Assembly (NCBI GenBank): GCA_963703955.1
Contig: CAVPGK010000005.1
Span: 15,911-79,910, forward strand
Source: Nitrospirota bacterium
GTDB lineage: Bacteria; Nitrospirota; Nitrospiria; Nitrospirales; Nitrospiraceae
Direction: 5' to 3'
DNA length: 64,000 nt
Part shown: positions 32,654-41,843 of the stretch, piece by piece
Position numbering within the stretch: position 1 is the stretch's first letter
How the letters are laid out: each line of letters begins with the position of its first letter
Notes under the pieces: model-generated
Told to the model about the DNA's origin: nothing
Databases searched by the model: none
The model's input: only the letters and a program-made list of their open reading frames with translations
Program-made: the position numbers and the translations under genes

Positions 32654-33879
32654 GGCTTCCACCCTAACTCGCGGGCCAGCTCACGCAAGAAAGAGGCTGC
32701 GTCCATGACAAGACCTACGGCTTGAAAACTACCGCGGTCGGCGAGCTTGGTCGGAACGGCGGGATTGACGTCCACGCACACGGTCGGGACGGTCGCCGGC
32801 AAGAGATTTCCGGTAGCGATAGAATGGAGCGTAGACGCGACGAGAAGCGCCAGCCCGACTCCCGGCAGAGCGGCTCGCATCGCATCCTGCGCGGCGATTG
32901 AGTCGGTGATTACACCGGGCAGGGGGCCGTCGTCGCGGATCGTTCCCGCCATGACCAGATGAACGCGCCGGCGGACACAGGCCGCCATGATCCCTTGCGT
33001 GATCACGCCGGTCTCAACGGCACGTTGAATGCTGCCGATGGCCCGGATGCGATTGATGGTCCGCAGGTGATGCTCGTGGCCGTGCGGCACCGCGCGACCG
33101 GCCGCGAGGCCGAATCCCAATGTCGTGCCGAAGAGATGGGCTTCCATGTCGTGAGCCGCCAAGGCATTGCCGCAGAAGAGCACATGAATGAACCCGGATT
33201 CAATGAGCCAGGTGAGCGCTTCACGCCCACCCGAATGAATAATGGCGGGACCACCAGCCAGTAAGACTTTGCCGCCTTTCTGATCATGCAGCGCCTGCAT
33301 CCGGCGCCCAATATCGGCGATCAGCGGCCCGTGAGGGCGTTCTGCGGAGACGTGCGATTCCATGAAAGCGAACGCATCGCGCTCACGGGGGCGCTTCAGG
33401 GGCATCACTCGGATGCCGTCTCTGCCGGTAACAATGAGATCGCCTTTCTTCACGGCGCCCATCGACACCGCGCGCGCAGCGGTATGCTTCGGATTCGTAC
33501 GGATCGCCAAATCCATCTCAATCGCATCCACATCAATCCAGTGTCCGCCAAAACGAACCTGAGTCGGCAAATGCGTGCTCGCGTAGAACTGATCCGGGAG
33601 AATTCCATCCGCAGGTGCCGGTTCCACCCTGCAGTCCGATTCCCGTTCGATGGTTGCGCCGTGCGGTTGGATGGCCTCAAGAATTTCAGCCAGGAGCGAA
33701 GTGGACGGCGCATGCACCACGATCTTGGCGCGGGACGGCTCTTCGCGGGTGGCGCCGATGCGGACTTCGTGAAGATCGAACGTGCCGCCCATCATATGAA
33801 TGGTATCCAGCACTTTCGCCAAGATCAGCGAATCGATGATGTGTCCACTCAGCAGAATGGTTTCTTGAGCGGCGGCCAT
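32650..33879 (-). CDS. TIGR00300/LOR-SDH family protein, probable ornithine cyclodeaminase (ArgZ/AgrE C-terminal domain)
   Basis: LSGHIIDS, AFAFMES.VSAE, GNALAAHD, AGTIRDDGPLP, LHSIATGN, KLADRGS. Confidence 0.87.
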   Translation of the reverse strand: MAAAQETILLSGHIIDSLILAKVLDTIHMMGGTFDLHEVRIGATREEPSRAKIVVHAPSTSLLAEILEAIQPHGATIERESDCRVEPAPADGILPDQFYASTHLPTQVRFGGHWIDVDAIEMDLAIRTNPKHTAARAVSMGAVKKGDLIVTGRDGIRVMPLKRPRERDAFAFMESHVSAERPHGPLIADIGRRMQALHDQKGGKVLLAGGPAIIHSGGREALTWLIESGFIHVLFCGNALAAHDMEAHLFGTTLGFGLAAGRAVPHGHEHHLRTINRIRAIGSIQRAVETGVITQGIMAACVRRRVHLVMAGTIRDDGPLPGVITDSIAAQDAMRAALPGVGLALLVASTLHSIATGNLLPATVPTVCVDVNPAVPTKLADRGSFQAVGLVMDAASFLRELARELGWKP

Positions 33880-34022
33880 TAGCGACCTCAAGTGGGTTCA
33901 GGTTCCGAGCTCTCTCGATATGATACCACGTCGCCGATTTTATCTGCGGTGGCTGTCGAGGGTCATGGACGCCACAGAGGGGAAGGTCTATTGAGAAAAG
34001 TCAGTGGAACGAAGAGGGCAAT

Positions 34023-34054
34023 AAAAAGGGGAGGTCGCCATCGGCGATCTCCCC
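34023..34054 (-). terminator. Rho-independent terminator
   Basis: ggggagatcgcc-gat-ggcgacctcccc followed by a T-run on the minus strand, just after the stop at 34075. Confidence 0.7.
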
Positions 34055-34074
34055 CGTCAATTTCAGCATTGATG

Positions 34075-34443
34075 TTACTGAATGACCCGATCAGCTCCGA
34101 TCTTCGTCGCAGAGCCCACCGGCGGTTCAATCTTGATCTGGGGACCCTGCACCTTCGGCAGTTGACCTGCTCCCTGCTTTTCAACCAGTCGCTGATTATT
34201 CTCATCCTTGAGGTTCTGCACCGTGTAATTGTCCGTCGCATCACTGGATTGGACAAGGGCCTTCTCGCCACCGGCGTTCGTCTGACCCGAATCATTCGCC
34301 AAGGGCTGGCCAGTGACCGGGCTCACCGCGTTCCCGCCTGGATAACCAGGGTGCTTAGGGAGCAAGGCCGGATTCGCAAGCGCGAGCGAAAGTGAGAAGA
34401 ACACGACACCGAATCCTGCAATAGTGCCGATAAGTGTCTTCAT
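34075..34443 (-). CDS. Small secreted hypothetical protein
   Basis: Signal peptide (ALA-NP), RBS AGGAG, upstream TTGACA-N17-TAATAT, downstream terminator. Confidence 0.8.
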   Translation of the reverse strand: MKTLIGTIAGFGVVFFSLSLALANPALLPKHPGYPGGNAVSPVTGQPLANDSGQTNAGGEKALVQSSDATDNYTVQNLKDENNQRLVEKQGAGQLPKVQGPQIKIEPPVGSATKIGADRVIQ

Positions 34444-34612
34444 GACAGGACTCCTTTGTAGGAAATAATTGTGAAAGAGACCTTCTAGGCCCTATAAGGC
34501 GGGAATATTAGACGCCTCCGATGACACTGTCAAGTATGGCCCTCTCCCAAAAACTGGCATCGGTCCTCTTTGACTTTTCGACGTGTTTATCTCTCCCGCA
34601 CCTTTACATCAA

Positions 34613-34690
34613 GAGGGTGGTTGGAGTGGGTTCCATCGCACTTTCTTCATGTGCGCGGTGCGCGAGCACGGAGCGTACCCCAACGACCTC
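34613..34690. repeat. Degenerate family B hairpin
   Basis: Core gtgcgcggtgcgcgagcac with imperfect complementary arms. Confidence 0.55.
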
Positions 34691-34697
34691 GACCCGC

Positions 34698-36524
34698 TCA
34701 CCGTCCTCGATGCGGTCGACGCCCTCTGCCGCGGCCACGGTAATGTTGACTGCGCGGCGGCGTGGGGAGCCGTATGATCAAGGCGGTTCCTTGACCGGGC
34801 CCGCTGGCGATGGAAATATGGCCTTGATGTTCTTCGACGATCTTTTTGACCGTGGCCAATCCAAGCCCAGTGCCGCTTCGTTTGGTGGTGAAATACGGCT
34901 CAAAGACTTTCCCGACGTGTTCCGTGGGAATCGGCACGCCGTCGTTTTGGATGGTGATCTGAAGGTGACTCCGGGCTGCCCGCTGTTGGGCGACTTCAAT
35001 ATGCAGATGTCCTCCCGGAGTCATGGCCTCCAGCGCATTCTTGAAGATACTGAGGAAGACCTGCTGCATTTTCCCTTCATCGCACCGCGCAGGGCTCAGG
35101 TTATCTCCATAATCCTTCGTGACGCGAATACGATTCACGTCCAACTCAGTGGCTACGACGGTCAGCGCGTTCTCAATAATCTCAGTGATCCGACAGGCGC
35201 GACGATTCAGGGCCAATGGTTTGGCGAAGTCGAGGATCTCGTGGAGAATCGCTTCGACTCGGATCAGGTCCCGCATGGCGTTCTCGACACGGGTTTGCGA
35301 GTCGAAGTCCAGAATGCCCGCGCTGGTGACTTCTTCCAACTGAGCTCGAATCGATGCGAGCGGTTCGCGGACTTCCGTCGCCAGGAACGCGCTGAATTCG
35401 CCGATGGCTGCCTGGCGTTCTTGCTTTCTGATCAAAGGCTCCGAGGGAGGCTGCGTCGCTGGAACAGACGGCTTGTCTCCCGGCGTCTCGCCGGTGCGCG
35501 AGCCGACCGGAAAGCCGACTGGTCCCTGGATCAACTCCGCCAGTTTGGCGAGGAGCGGTTCCAAGGTGCGGACTTCGGGAAGACCGTATTGCATGGCCGT
35601 CTTCGAGGCTAATGCGACCGTTCCCCCAACCTGCCCACGCACAAAAAACGGCACGACCATCGCGGACTGGAAGCTATCCTTGTACAGAGGCTTGTGGTCC
35701 TGGAACCGCCCTTGGGTCGAGGCGAGATCGTGATCCACCCGTGGCTTGCGGTGACGGACAGCCCATCCGGACGCCGATGCGTCCAATGCCAAACGCTGGC
35801 CCGGCTTCAGGTCTTTCTTAGCGTCCCCCCGGTGCTCTCCCGACAGCCCGAGCACTTCCACTGCGCCGGCGATTGGATCGTACAGAGTGATCCATCCGCG
35901 GTCGAACGGCATGGTCTCGGCCGTCTGATCCAATAGGGCCACGATCCGTTCCTGCATTTCAGGAGTGGCGTAGGAAGAGGGAGCGGCATAGACTTCCGGG
36001 CCGGTCGGAGGCGATGGAGAGATCGGTTCTTGAACCACCGGAGGACGACCGAGGATGACGGAACCGTCAAACAGAGAGGCACGCTCAAGCGAACTGGTGA
36101 TCTGGTCGGCGGCGGCTTCGAGGAGACTCTTTTCCTTCTTGGAGAAGGCCGCCGATTCCTTTCTTCCAATCACGAGCATGCCGTACGCGCGCTGTTTATA
36201 TCGGAGTGGGGCGGCAAGCAGGGACTTGGCGCCCGGGCTAATCATCCGGACCCGCACGGCTTTGAGTTCCACGTCTCCGCCTCCGTGAACCTGACCGTTC
36301 TGGGCGGGAACGGCTCCTAATTCTTGCAGCGATAAGGCCCGCAGAATTGCCTGCACGTCTCGTGGCGAAAATCCGCGCGAACCTTGCGCCACGAGGGGAC
36401 CGTTGTCCCATTCGGCAATTGCGACCAGCGCGGCATCCAGGCCCAATTCGTTCAGGGCGGTCGTCAAGGTTTTGAGGAGCGTGCTCTGCTTTTCAGGCGT
36501 AGACTGCGCGATGGATCGTCCCAT
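34698..36524 (-). CDS. GAF-GAF histidine-kinase-like protein lacking the phospho-acceptor His
   Basis: Two GAF-like domains; H-box reads LATEVREPL; FEPYFTTK; GTGLGL; Arg/Gly-rich tail. Confidence 0.85.
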   Translation of the reverse strand: MGRSIAQSTPEKQSTLLKTLTTALNELGLDAALVAIAEWDNGPLVAQGSRGFSPRDVQAILRALSLQELGAVPAQNGQVHGGGDVELKAVRVRMISPGAKSLLAAPLRYKQRAYGMLVIGRKESAAFSKKEKSLLEAAADQITSSLERASLFDGSVILGRPPVVQEPISPSPPTGPEVYAAPSSYATPEMQERIVALLDQTAETMPFDRGWITLYDPIAGAVEVLGLSGEHRGDAKKDLKPGQRLALDASASGWAVRHRKPRVDHDLASTQGRFQDHKPLYKDSFQSAMVVPFFVRGQVGGTVALASKTAMQYGLPEVRTLEPLLAKLAELIQGPVGFPVGSRTGETPGDKPSVPATQPPSEPLIRKQERQAAIGEFSAFLATEVREPLASIRAQLEEVTSAGILDFDSQTRVENAMRDLIRVEAILHEILDFAKPLALNRRACRITEIIENALTVVATELDVNRIRVTKDYGDNLSPARCDEGKMQQVFLSIFKNALEAMTPGGHLHIEVAQQRAARSHLQITIQNDGVPIPTEHVGKVFEPYFTTKRSGTGLGLATVKKIVEEHQGHISIASGPGQGTALIIRLPTPPRSQHYRGRGRGRRPHRGR

Positions 36525-36576
36525 CCTGGGGCTCCTTGAGCTGGCGGAGCGATTGTAGCAACGGGGGAGGGTGATT

Positions 36577-36972
36577 TCAATTGACGATTCGCGGAGGCCG
36601 TGACCGAGGGGTCACAATTTCCAACCGCCCCTGTTCGGAGACCCACAGGTTCAAAATTGTACTCACCACACTGATCACGACCGCTCCCCAAAACGATGTC
36701 CAGAATCCGGTGACATGAAATCCTTTCACGAGGGCTGAGACGAGATGCAGCAGCAAGGCATTGATCACGATCATGAACAATCCCAACGTGAGCACGATGA
36801 GAGGCAACGAAAACAGATAGAGAATCGGACGGACCAGCGCATTCAACAGCGCGAGAATGATGGCTGCGGCGATGCCCGCCCCCACCGTCTCCAGCTCGAT
36901 ACCGGGAATGATTTGGGCGGCGAGGAACACCGCCACGCCGGTGATGACAAAACGGATGAAAACGCCTTTCAT
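36577..36972 (-). CDS. 4-TM 'phage holin family' (YvlD-like) membrane protein
   Basis: LLNALVRPIL..LPL..LTLGLF..VINA. Confidence 0.85.
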   Translation of the reverse strand: MKGVFIRFVITGVAVFLAAQIIPGIELETVGAGIAAAIILALLNALVRPILYLFSLPLIVLTLGLFMIVINALLLHLVSALVKGFHVTGFWTSFWGAVVISVVSTILNLWVSEQGRLEIVTPRSRPPRIVN

Positions 36973-37172
36973 GCTCCTCTTTCGGCAATCAGTTTCTTCC
37001 GAGACACCCCCGTGAGGATACTCAAGAAGGTTCAAGTACACCCCGATCCTGCCAAGAAAGCCCCGCTACTTTCTCACCCGCCCACCCTGAGCTCGCCAAG
37101 ACCCACTCCTCACCCATGAGTGCGCGCCCTTCCCTCGAGCGAGTACTTTCTTTGCTTGGGAGGTGATGCGTC

Positions 37173-38282
37173 TTACCCGGTTGCGACGGCGAGATCCACA
37201 CTAGCCTGCCGCTTGGTGATCTTGTCGTTCGGGTCGTAGTTCGCCACGATCTCTTTCTGGGCGCCTTTGGCCGATATGACGATCTTGGTGCCGGAATCCT
37301 CGTTATGTAGATGGAGGAAGATCTCGTAGTATCCTTCCTGATTCGTCTTCGCGCTGCCGGCATGGGCATGTTCCTTGATCGGCTTCGCTTGAACTTCGAT
37401 GTCCGAGATCGGCTTGCCAGTTCCGTCTCGGACGTAGCCATATACGATGAATCCATGCTCTACTTTGGTTTTCACGAAGATCGGCTTCGGCGTTTCCACG
37501 GCAGGATTCTTGAGCGTGCTGAGATAGGACGCCAACGCATCGAGTTCTTCTTCGGTCATCAGTTCCTTGTACTTATCCGGCATGACGCCTTTCTTGTGTT
37601 CTTTTTCGAACCCTTCGGCGTAGAGATACGCGATATCGAATACCTTTTTCTTGATGTCGTCCTTGGTCATCAAATTCCCGATGTTGTCCAACACCGGACC
37701 TCGCTTCTTGACGCTGCCCTTTCCTCCGATCTTGTGGCAGTTGTAGCATTCGTGCAGTTCGTAGACCTCCATTCCTCGGGCGAGCAAGGTCATGCCGCCG
37801 CCTGAAGACGCCGGGTTTTCACTGTCGGCCGCGGCCGTCGTCGTCGCGGGCGTGAATCGGTTTAGTCGGGTCAGCAGCGATTGCGCTTTCGCTTCTTGCT
37901 CCTTGGCTTGCTTGACCAACTCATCCAGGTTCCCCACGTCGTGTTCGGCCTTCGCGCGTTTCGCCTTCAAGAGTTTCTCGATCTTCCCTTTTTCATCGTC
38001 CGGATCGAATTGCGGCAAGGCACCGGCGCCGAAAATGTAGACTGCCGATAGGACCACGTAGAATCCGATCAGCACGAGGCCGGCCTTGAGTCCTGAGAGG
38101 CGGGGCAGAGGGGGGGCGTCCAACAACAAAAAAATTCCCAGACCTAGCGCCGCGTACAGAGCAAACATAACCTGGAAAACCCGCGGGAACCCCAAGACCC
38201 CGCTGCCGACCCAGGCAATCACTGCGATCACTGTCGCAATGATCACCTTTCGAATCACTCCACCGATAGGATTGCTCGCCAT
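37173..38282 (-). CDS. Membrane-anchored mono-haem cytochrome c with C-terminal beta-sandwich domain
   Basis: 3 TM helices, coiled coil, CYNCH, GPVLDNIG, distal Met (GVMP), VYGYVRDGTGKP...TNQEGYY. Confidence 0.82.
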   Translation of the reverse strand: MASNPIGGVIRKVIIATVIAVIAWVGSGVLGFPRVFQVMFALYAALGLGIFLLLDAPPLPRLSGLKAGLVLIGFYVVLSAVYIFGAGALPQFDPDDEKGKIEKLLKAKRAKAEHDVGNLDELVKQAKEQEAKAQSLLTRLNRFTPATTTAAADSENPASSGGGMTLLARGMEVYELHECYNCHKIGGKGSVKKRGPVLDNIGNLMTKDDIKKKVFDIAYLYAEGFEKEHKKGVMPDKYKELMTEEELDALASYLSTLKNPAVETPKPIFVKTKVEHGFIVYGYVRDGTGKPISDIEVQAKPIKEHAHAGSAKTNQEGYYEIFLHLHNEDSGTKIVISAKGAQKEIVANYDPNDKITKRQASVDLAVATG

Positions 38283-38428
38283 GGCTGCTTTCTCCCAATT
38301 ACTCCCACCCGCCCCAGGCCAGGGAAATGGTTTCAGCGGCTACTTCATCCTCCTGATCCCAAGGCGTCTTTTCACCGGATGCTTCACCCCCTAACTGCGC
38401 CGAGTGAACGCGCCCCTTCCTTCATTTG

Positions 38429-38469
38429 CACCCGCCCAGCCCCGGGCGCGCCAAGACGCGCCCTTTCCC
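38429..38469 (+). repeat. ~40-bp repeat family C (cacccgccca.ccc.ggcgcgccaagacgcgcc)
   Basis: Related copies near 37075, 40548, 59767 and 59851, and reversed near 17220 and 31765. Confidence 0.7.
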
Positions 38470-38572
38470 GGTGACCCGTGACAGAGCCTCTCAGTGCAGT
38501 ATACAGGGTCTCCGGTTCGATCTCCAAGAACTGCGAGACGAGTCTTCCTCTATACACCACTCATCTTTGCGA

Positions 38573-39391
38573 TCAAAGTTTGACGGCGGGATTGAGTCGG
38601 TTTCCGAGCCGCAGGATGGCGAGGGCGGTAATTGGAAGATAGATGAAAATGCCAGCCAGCCCGATCAGCGGTTCATTGATCCAAAACGTCATCATCAAGT
38701 TGAAGATCACCACACCGTAGTAGAGCCCGCACCCCAGGAGAATTTTTCCTGTGACAGGCTGATCACCCTGTTGGCTCGGGGAGGGAAGTCGGCGGTCCAT
38801 CGTGAAATAAATGGTCAGGGCGATCAGGCCCACCACGGCCCATCCGACGTAGTTGCCCAAGGGCACGCCGAAATGGATCCCGGGATCAGGATAGTAATAG
38901 ATCCGGCCCAGGAACCACCGGTCACCGCGGAGCGCCACGGGATCAATGATCATATCAAAGAAGGTGAAGAGAACAACCGTCAATCCCAGAACAGACCAGG
39001 ATGTGCGGACGTCGCGATCGAACAGCAATCTCAGGCTGGGAAATGACCGAGTATGTCTCTCCACCGGTCGTGCGGGCAAGAGAAACAGGAGCGAGAGACA
39101 GTAGCTCGCGTAGAGGAGGAAGGTGAAGGAAAGCGAGTCCATGAACGGCACATTGAAGAGGTAAAGTTCCTGCCCGATCGTCGAACCCGTGTAGTGGTAC
39201 CAGCCGAACGGAATCCCGGTTCGGGTCGAGGAGAACTCGCACACGAAGGCCGTGATCCACGTGATGAAAAAGAACAGTCCCGTCTTCCGCCACCCGAGCA
39301 ATCGGCTGGCTGAAAAAAGAAACACGGCGAGAAAGAGGAAAACGTAGGGCCGAAGGACAATGGTCTTGAGGAGGAGCTCGAAGGTCTTCAC
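38573..39391 (-). CDS. Carotenoid biosynthesis (CruF/DUF422-like) membrane protein
   Basis: E..STRTGIPFGWYHY, NVPF, DMIIDPVA, FGVPLGNYVGW. Confidence 0.8.
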   Translation of the reverse strand: MKTFELLLKTIVLRPYVFLFLAVFLFSASRLLGWRKTGLFFFITWITAFVCEFSSTRTGIPFGWYHYTGSTIGQELYLFNVPFMDSLSFTFLLYASYCLSLLFLLPARPVERHTRSFPSLRLLFDRDVRTSWSVLGLTVVLFTFFDMIIDPVALRGDRWFLGRIYYYPDPGIHFGVPLGNYVGWAVVGLIALTIYFTMDRRLPSPSQQGDQPVTGKILLGCGLYYGVVIFNLMMTFWINEPLIGLAGIFIYLPITALAILRLGNRLNPAVKL

Positions 39392-39510
39392 GAGGTGTCA
39401 GTGCTCAGCAATCAGCGTACAGCAAGTGCAGTGATGGTTTGGAAGATCTGCAGGATCTTCCGTCGCATTTCGCATTCCTTGCTGAAGGCTGAAAGCTGAC
39501 TGCTGCTTTG

Positions 39511-40497
39511 TTACACGTATCTGTGGTCCTTGAACCATCGGACCGCCTTCTCCAGCGCCGTTTCCACCGGAGTCTGTGGAAGGTCCAGCTCCCGGCGCGC
39601 TTTGCTACAGTCATAATGCATGCGGTATTTGGCCATTCGGACACCTTCCAAGGGAATCCGAGGCGGCCGATGGGTCAGAAAGTCAGCGACCCACCGGTTC
39701 GCGTAGGCCAACGGTAAAACGGCTTGCCAGGGTAATTTGACGCGAGGCGCCGGGACACCGGTCAGCCGCCCGAGGATCTCGAAAATTTCGCGAAGCGACA
39801 GATTCCGATTCCCCAGTATGTAGCGTTCCCCGGTGCGTCCCCGTTCCATCGCACGCAGGTGACCGACGGCCACATCGTCCACATCCACCAGATTCATCCC
39901 AGTTTCGATGTACGCCCACATGCGCCCTTTCATGAAATCCACGATGATTTGACCGGTCGGGGTGGGTTTGACGTCTCCTTCGCCGACCGGGGCGGTGGGA
40001 TTGACGATCACCACGGGCAGGCCTTCTTGAGCGAGTTTCATGACCTCTTGTTCGGCCAGGTACTTGGAGCGCTTATAATCCCCCGCCATCTGCGAGAGCG
40101 AAACGGGGGTCTCCTCCGTTCCCGCGCCTCCGCCCGACGGCAATCCAATCGCGCCGATCGTGCTGGTGTAGACGATTCGCTCGATGCCCACCTCGCGGGC
40201 GGTCTCCAGCAGCGCTCGTGTCCCGGTCACATTGACCTCATAGAAAATCGCCGGATTCTTGGCCCACAGCGCGTAATGGGCCGCCACATGGTACAGGTGC
40301 CGGCAATCGACGAGGGCCCGCCGAAGAGAATCACGATCGCGTAGCTCGCCGTGAACCGGTTCGATCTTGAGCCTTCCCAGGTTGCGAAGGTCGCTGTTGG
40401 GTCGAACCAGCGCGCGCACATCCGCACCGGCTGCGACTAGGGCGCGGGCGACCGCGGCTCCCACGAATCCGGTTGCGCCGGTGACCAATGCTTTCAT
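39511..40497 (-). CDS. hpnA: Hopanoid-associated sugar epimerase
   Basis: VTGATGFVG, HVAAHY.LW, YKRSK, VNPTAPVGEGDVKPTPTG. Confidence 0.88.
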   Translation of the reverse strand: MKALVTGATGFVGAAVARALVAAGADVRALVRPNSDLRNLGRLKIEPVHGELRDRDSLRRALVDCRHLYHVAAHYALWAKNPAIFYEVNVTGTRALLETAREVGIERIVYTSTIGAIGLPSGGGAGTEETPVSLSQMAGDYKRSKYLAEQEVMKLAQEGLPVVIVNPTAPVGEGDVKPTPTGQIIVDFMKGRMWAYIETGMNLVDVDDVAVGHLRAMERGRTGERYILGNRNLSLREIFEILGRLTGVPAPRVKLPWQAVLPLAYANRWVADFLTHRPPRIPLEGVRMAKYRMHYDCSKARRELDLPQTPVETALEKAVRWFKDHRYV

Positions 40498-40521
40498 GCG
40501 TCATCCTGAATCAATTTACTG

Positions 40522-40777
40522 AGCGGGTGTTCAAAGGCCATTATTTTCACCCACCCAGCCCCGGCGCGCCAAGACGCGCGCGTTTTACCGAGCGCGGCCG
40601 CAGGCGAGAAAGAACTGGAAGGGCACCCTCGGGGCGCATGGTGCGACGAATAAGGAGCCTCACGTTTGCGCACGCCCGCGAGCCGGTGAGCGGGCAGTGT
40701 CTTCGTCAGGCGGCAGGGGCCCCGTAGAGGACTTTGGCGAGCCGAGAACGAAGCTGGGGGCCTTTCCAGCACCTGCT
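40522..40777 (+). mobile_element. Composite MITE-like element (family A ends with nested family C and D modules)
   Basis: Imperfect TIRs agcgggtgttcaaaggcc / ggcctttccagcacctgct; internal modules recur at 42545, 43155 and 44683. Confidence 0.65.
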
Positions 40778-41666
40778 AATTCCGGCGCGACGTGATGTAC
40801 TTGGCCAGTTCTCTCAGCGGGTCTGCCTTTCCGTCGAACGTCGACACCCGGCTGATGGCGCGGTCCATGCAGTCATCCGCGAGGCGACGGGCTCCGTCCA
40901 CACCGCAAAAGGTCGGATAGGTTTTCTTGCCGCGCTGGGCGTCGGTATTGGCGTTCTTACCGAGTTCCTCACGGGTCCCCGTCACGTTCAAGACATCATC
41001 CGCTATCTGGAACGCGAGTCCGACATCCTCGGCGTACTTGGTCAACTGGTTCAGTTGGGAAAGTGTCGCAGACGCCACGATGGCGCCCATCCGCACCGCC
41101 GCGCGGATGAGCATGCCGGTCTTGTGCGTATGGATCGTCTGGAGTGTGTGCAGATCGATCGCCTTATTCTCGGCCTGAATGTCGAGGACTTGCCCGCCGA
41201 CCATTCCGAGGTGGCCCGATCCCGACGCGAGTTCACGGATGATGAGCACCTGCCGAGCCGGATCGAGGCCTTCGACCAACTCCGACCGGCTGCAGAGATC
41301 GAATGCCAAGGTCAGGAGCGCGTCGCCGGCAAGGATGGCCATCGCTTCACCGTAGACCTTATGGTTAGTCGGCTTTCCGCGGCGATAGTCATCGTTGTCC
41401 ATGGCCGGCAGGTCGTCGTGGATGAGCGAATAGGTGTGAATCAATTCGAGCGACGAGGCGATCGGAAGGATCGCCTTCGTCGGCGGGCCGATTGCTTCAG
41501 CCGCGGCGATCGCTAAAATGGGACGAACCCGTTTCCCTCCAGCGAACAGGCTGTAGCGCATGGCTTCATGCAGTGTGGTGGGAGATATCTTCGCGTCGGG
41601 AAGGACCCGATCAAGGAACTGATCGACTTCCTCGCGCTTTTGATCCAGGTACCCGGCGATATCCAT
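40776..41666 (-). CDS. ispA: Polyprenyl (farnesyl/geranylgeranyl) diphosphate synthase
   Basis: GGKRVRP, SLIHDDLPAMDNDDYRRG, KTG, FQIADD. Confidence 0.93.
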   Translation of the reverse strand: MDIAGYLDQKREEVDQFLDRVLPDAKISPTTLHEAMRYSLFAGGKRVRPILAIAAAEAIGPPTKAILPIASSLELIHTYSLIHDDLPAMDNDDYRRGKPTNHKVYGEAMAILAGDALLTLAFDLCSRSELVEGLDPARQVLIIRELASGSGHLGMVGGQVLDIQAENKAIDLHTLQTIHTHKTGMLIRAAVRMGAIVASATLSQLNQLTKYAEDVGLAFQIADDVLNVTGTREELGKNANTDAQRGKKTYPTFCGVDGARRLADDCMDRAISRVSTFDGKADPLRELAKYITSRRN

Positions 41667-41843
41667 GGACGGTGCGTGTTTCTCCGTTCAATGTAACGGG
41701 GCGAGAGAGTAACAAACCGGAGGACACGAGGCAAGGGGGCACGGCGCAGCAATGCTCGAGGGCCACCTCGCCTCGAACCGCTGGCCTCGCGCATGACCGC
41801 TGCGACTTGTTATTTTGCAGCAGCCTTCGGTATACTCCGCCTC

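Noticed and set aside
36577..36972. Holin as a prophage marker
   Set aside because: This YvlD-like family is commonly chromosomal, and no phage genes are nearby.
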